The translations under genes were made by a program, and so were the position numbers. This document shows, in pieces, positions 63,804-64,000 of a stretch of 64,000 nt of DNA. This DNA comes from Acidimicrobiaceae bacterium (lineage in GTDB: Bacteria > Actinomycetota > Acidimicrobiia > Acidimicrobiales > RAAP-2): assembly GCA_013044265.1 (NCBI GenBank), contig JABEUQ010000093.1, forward strand, positions 31,235-95,234. The letters are read 5' to 3'. A model generated the notes under the pieces. The model saw only the letters and a program-made list of their open reading frames with translations. It did not search any database and was not told the origin of the DNA. How positions within the stretch are numbered: position 1 is the stretch's first letter; the number at the start of each line of letters is the position of its first letter.

Positions 63804-64000
63804 GTGACTATGCCTCCTCCCGAAAAGAACACTTGGCGCAAGTACGTACCTGGCGGGCCCAGCCCCATGCCGCCGGATAGACGCCGCCGAGTCCTGACAT
63901 TCGTGGCCATCTTCTTCGTTCTGGGGATCATCCTGATTCCTTCGTTCTTCTCGAGCAAAAACGTTAAGAGTGTCAACTACTCCAACCTTTTGACTTACGC
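63804..64000 (+). CDS. ftsH: Probable FtsH N-terminus (runs off the window)
   Basis: MPPPEKNTW...VLTFVAIFFVLGIILIPSFFSS.. VNYSNLL resembles FtsH TM1 + xSYSxF; TAGATT 6 nt before GTG; the AAA domain is not visible. Confidence 0.5.
   Translation, partial: MTMPPPEKNTWRKYVPGGPSPMPPDRRRRVLTFVAIFFVLGIILIPSFFSSKNVKSVNYSNLLTY

Noticed and set aside
106-63976. Many long alternative-frame or antisense ORFs (e.g. 1096-1713, 6621-7607, 12315-13175, 50036-51040, 59635-60522, 60627-61406)
   Set aside because: They overlap motif-supported genes, are Arg/Pro/Gly-rich and carry no motifs. Such shadow ORFs are expected at high GC3
1-64000. Mobile elements, prophage, CRISPR, rRNA/tRNA and recognisable anti-phage defence genes
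   Set aside because: No transposase, integrase or phage genes, terminal inverted repeats, repeat-spacer arrays or RNA-gene signatures were found by inspection

Overview
A 64-kb, gene-dense chromosomal window from a high-GC bacterium (about 60% GC by spot counts). Gene content and the many TANNNT-N5-7-start leaderless promoters point to Actinomycetota, probably class Acidimicrobiia (inference). I found no rRNA, tRNA, CRISPR array, integrase or transposase. Content from left to right: a truncated secreted protein; an ABC exporter with a divergent NarL-type two-component system; a MarR-methyltransferase-MFS operon; a K-channel-like protein; DUF2892 and a DsbA-like gene around a perfect 34-bp CsoR/CstR-type palindrome; a broken GAF/PAS-LuxR gene; a three-gene 2-oxoacid oxidoreductase (GltD/FNR-like + KorA + KorB); a phosphoesterase; a TetR/MFS pair; three tandem secreted LppX/LolA-like paralogs; an NMO-family flavoprotein, thioredoxin and CoA-transferase; TauE; a hybrid-looking isocitrate dehydrogenase; a FadR-linked catabolic cluster (FAH hydrolase, Liv-type ABC importer, asparaginase, LigK-like aldolase); a cpATP-grasp/alpha-E/transglutaminase operon behind a GlnR-like box; an FGGY kinase; GT2-PPK2-RibC-thiolase-Ada; and a coupled CPBP protease/GT-C glycosyltransferase/phosphomannomutase/Trm112 operon divergent from a probable ftsH. 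The strongest novelty is an apparently intact ARCHAEAL-type (lumazine-synthase-fold) riboflavin synthase with a Lys-rich N-terminal tail (55186-55734) in this bacterial operon. All family calls come from motif recognition and recalled sequences, not database searches. Several starts were moved from the ORF track using RBS or -10 evidence.
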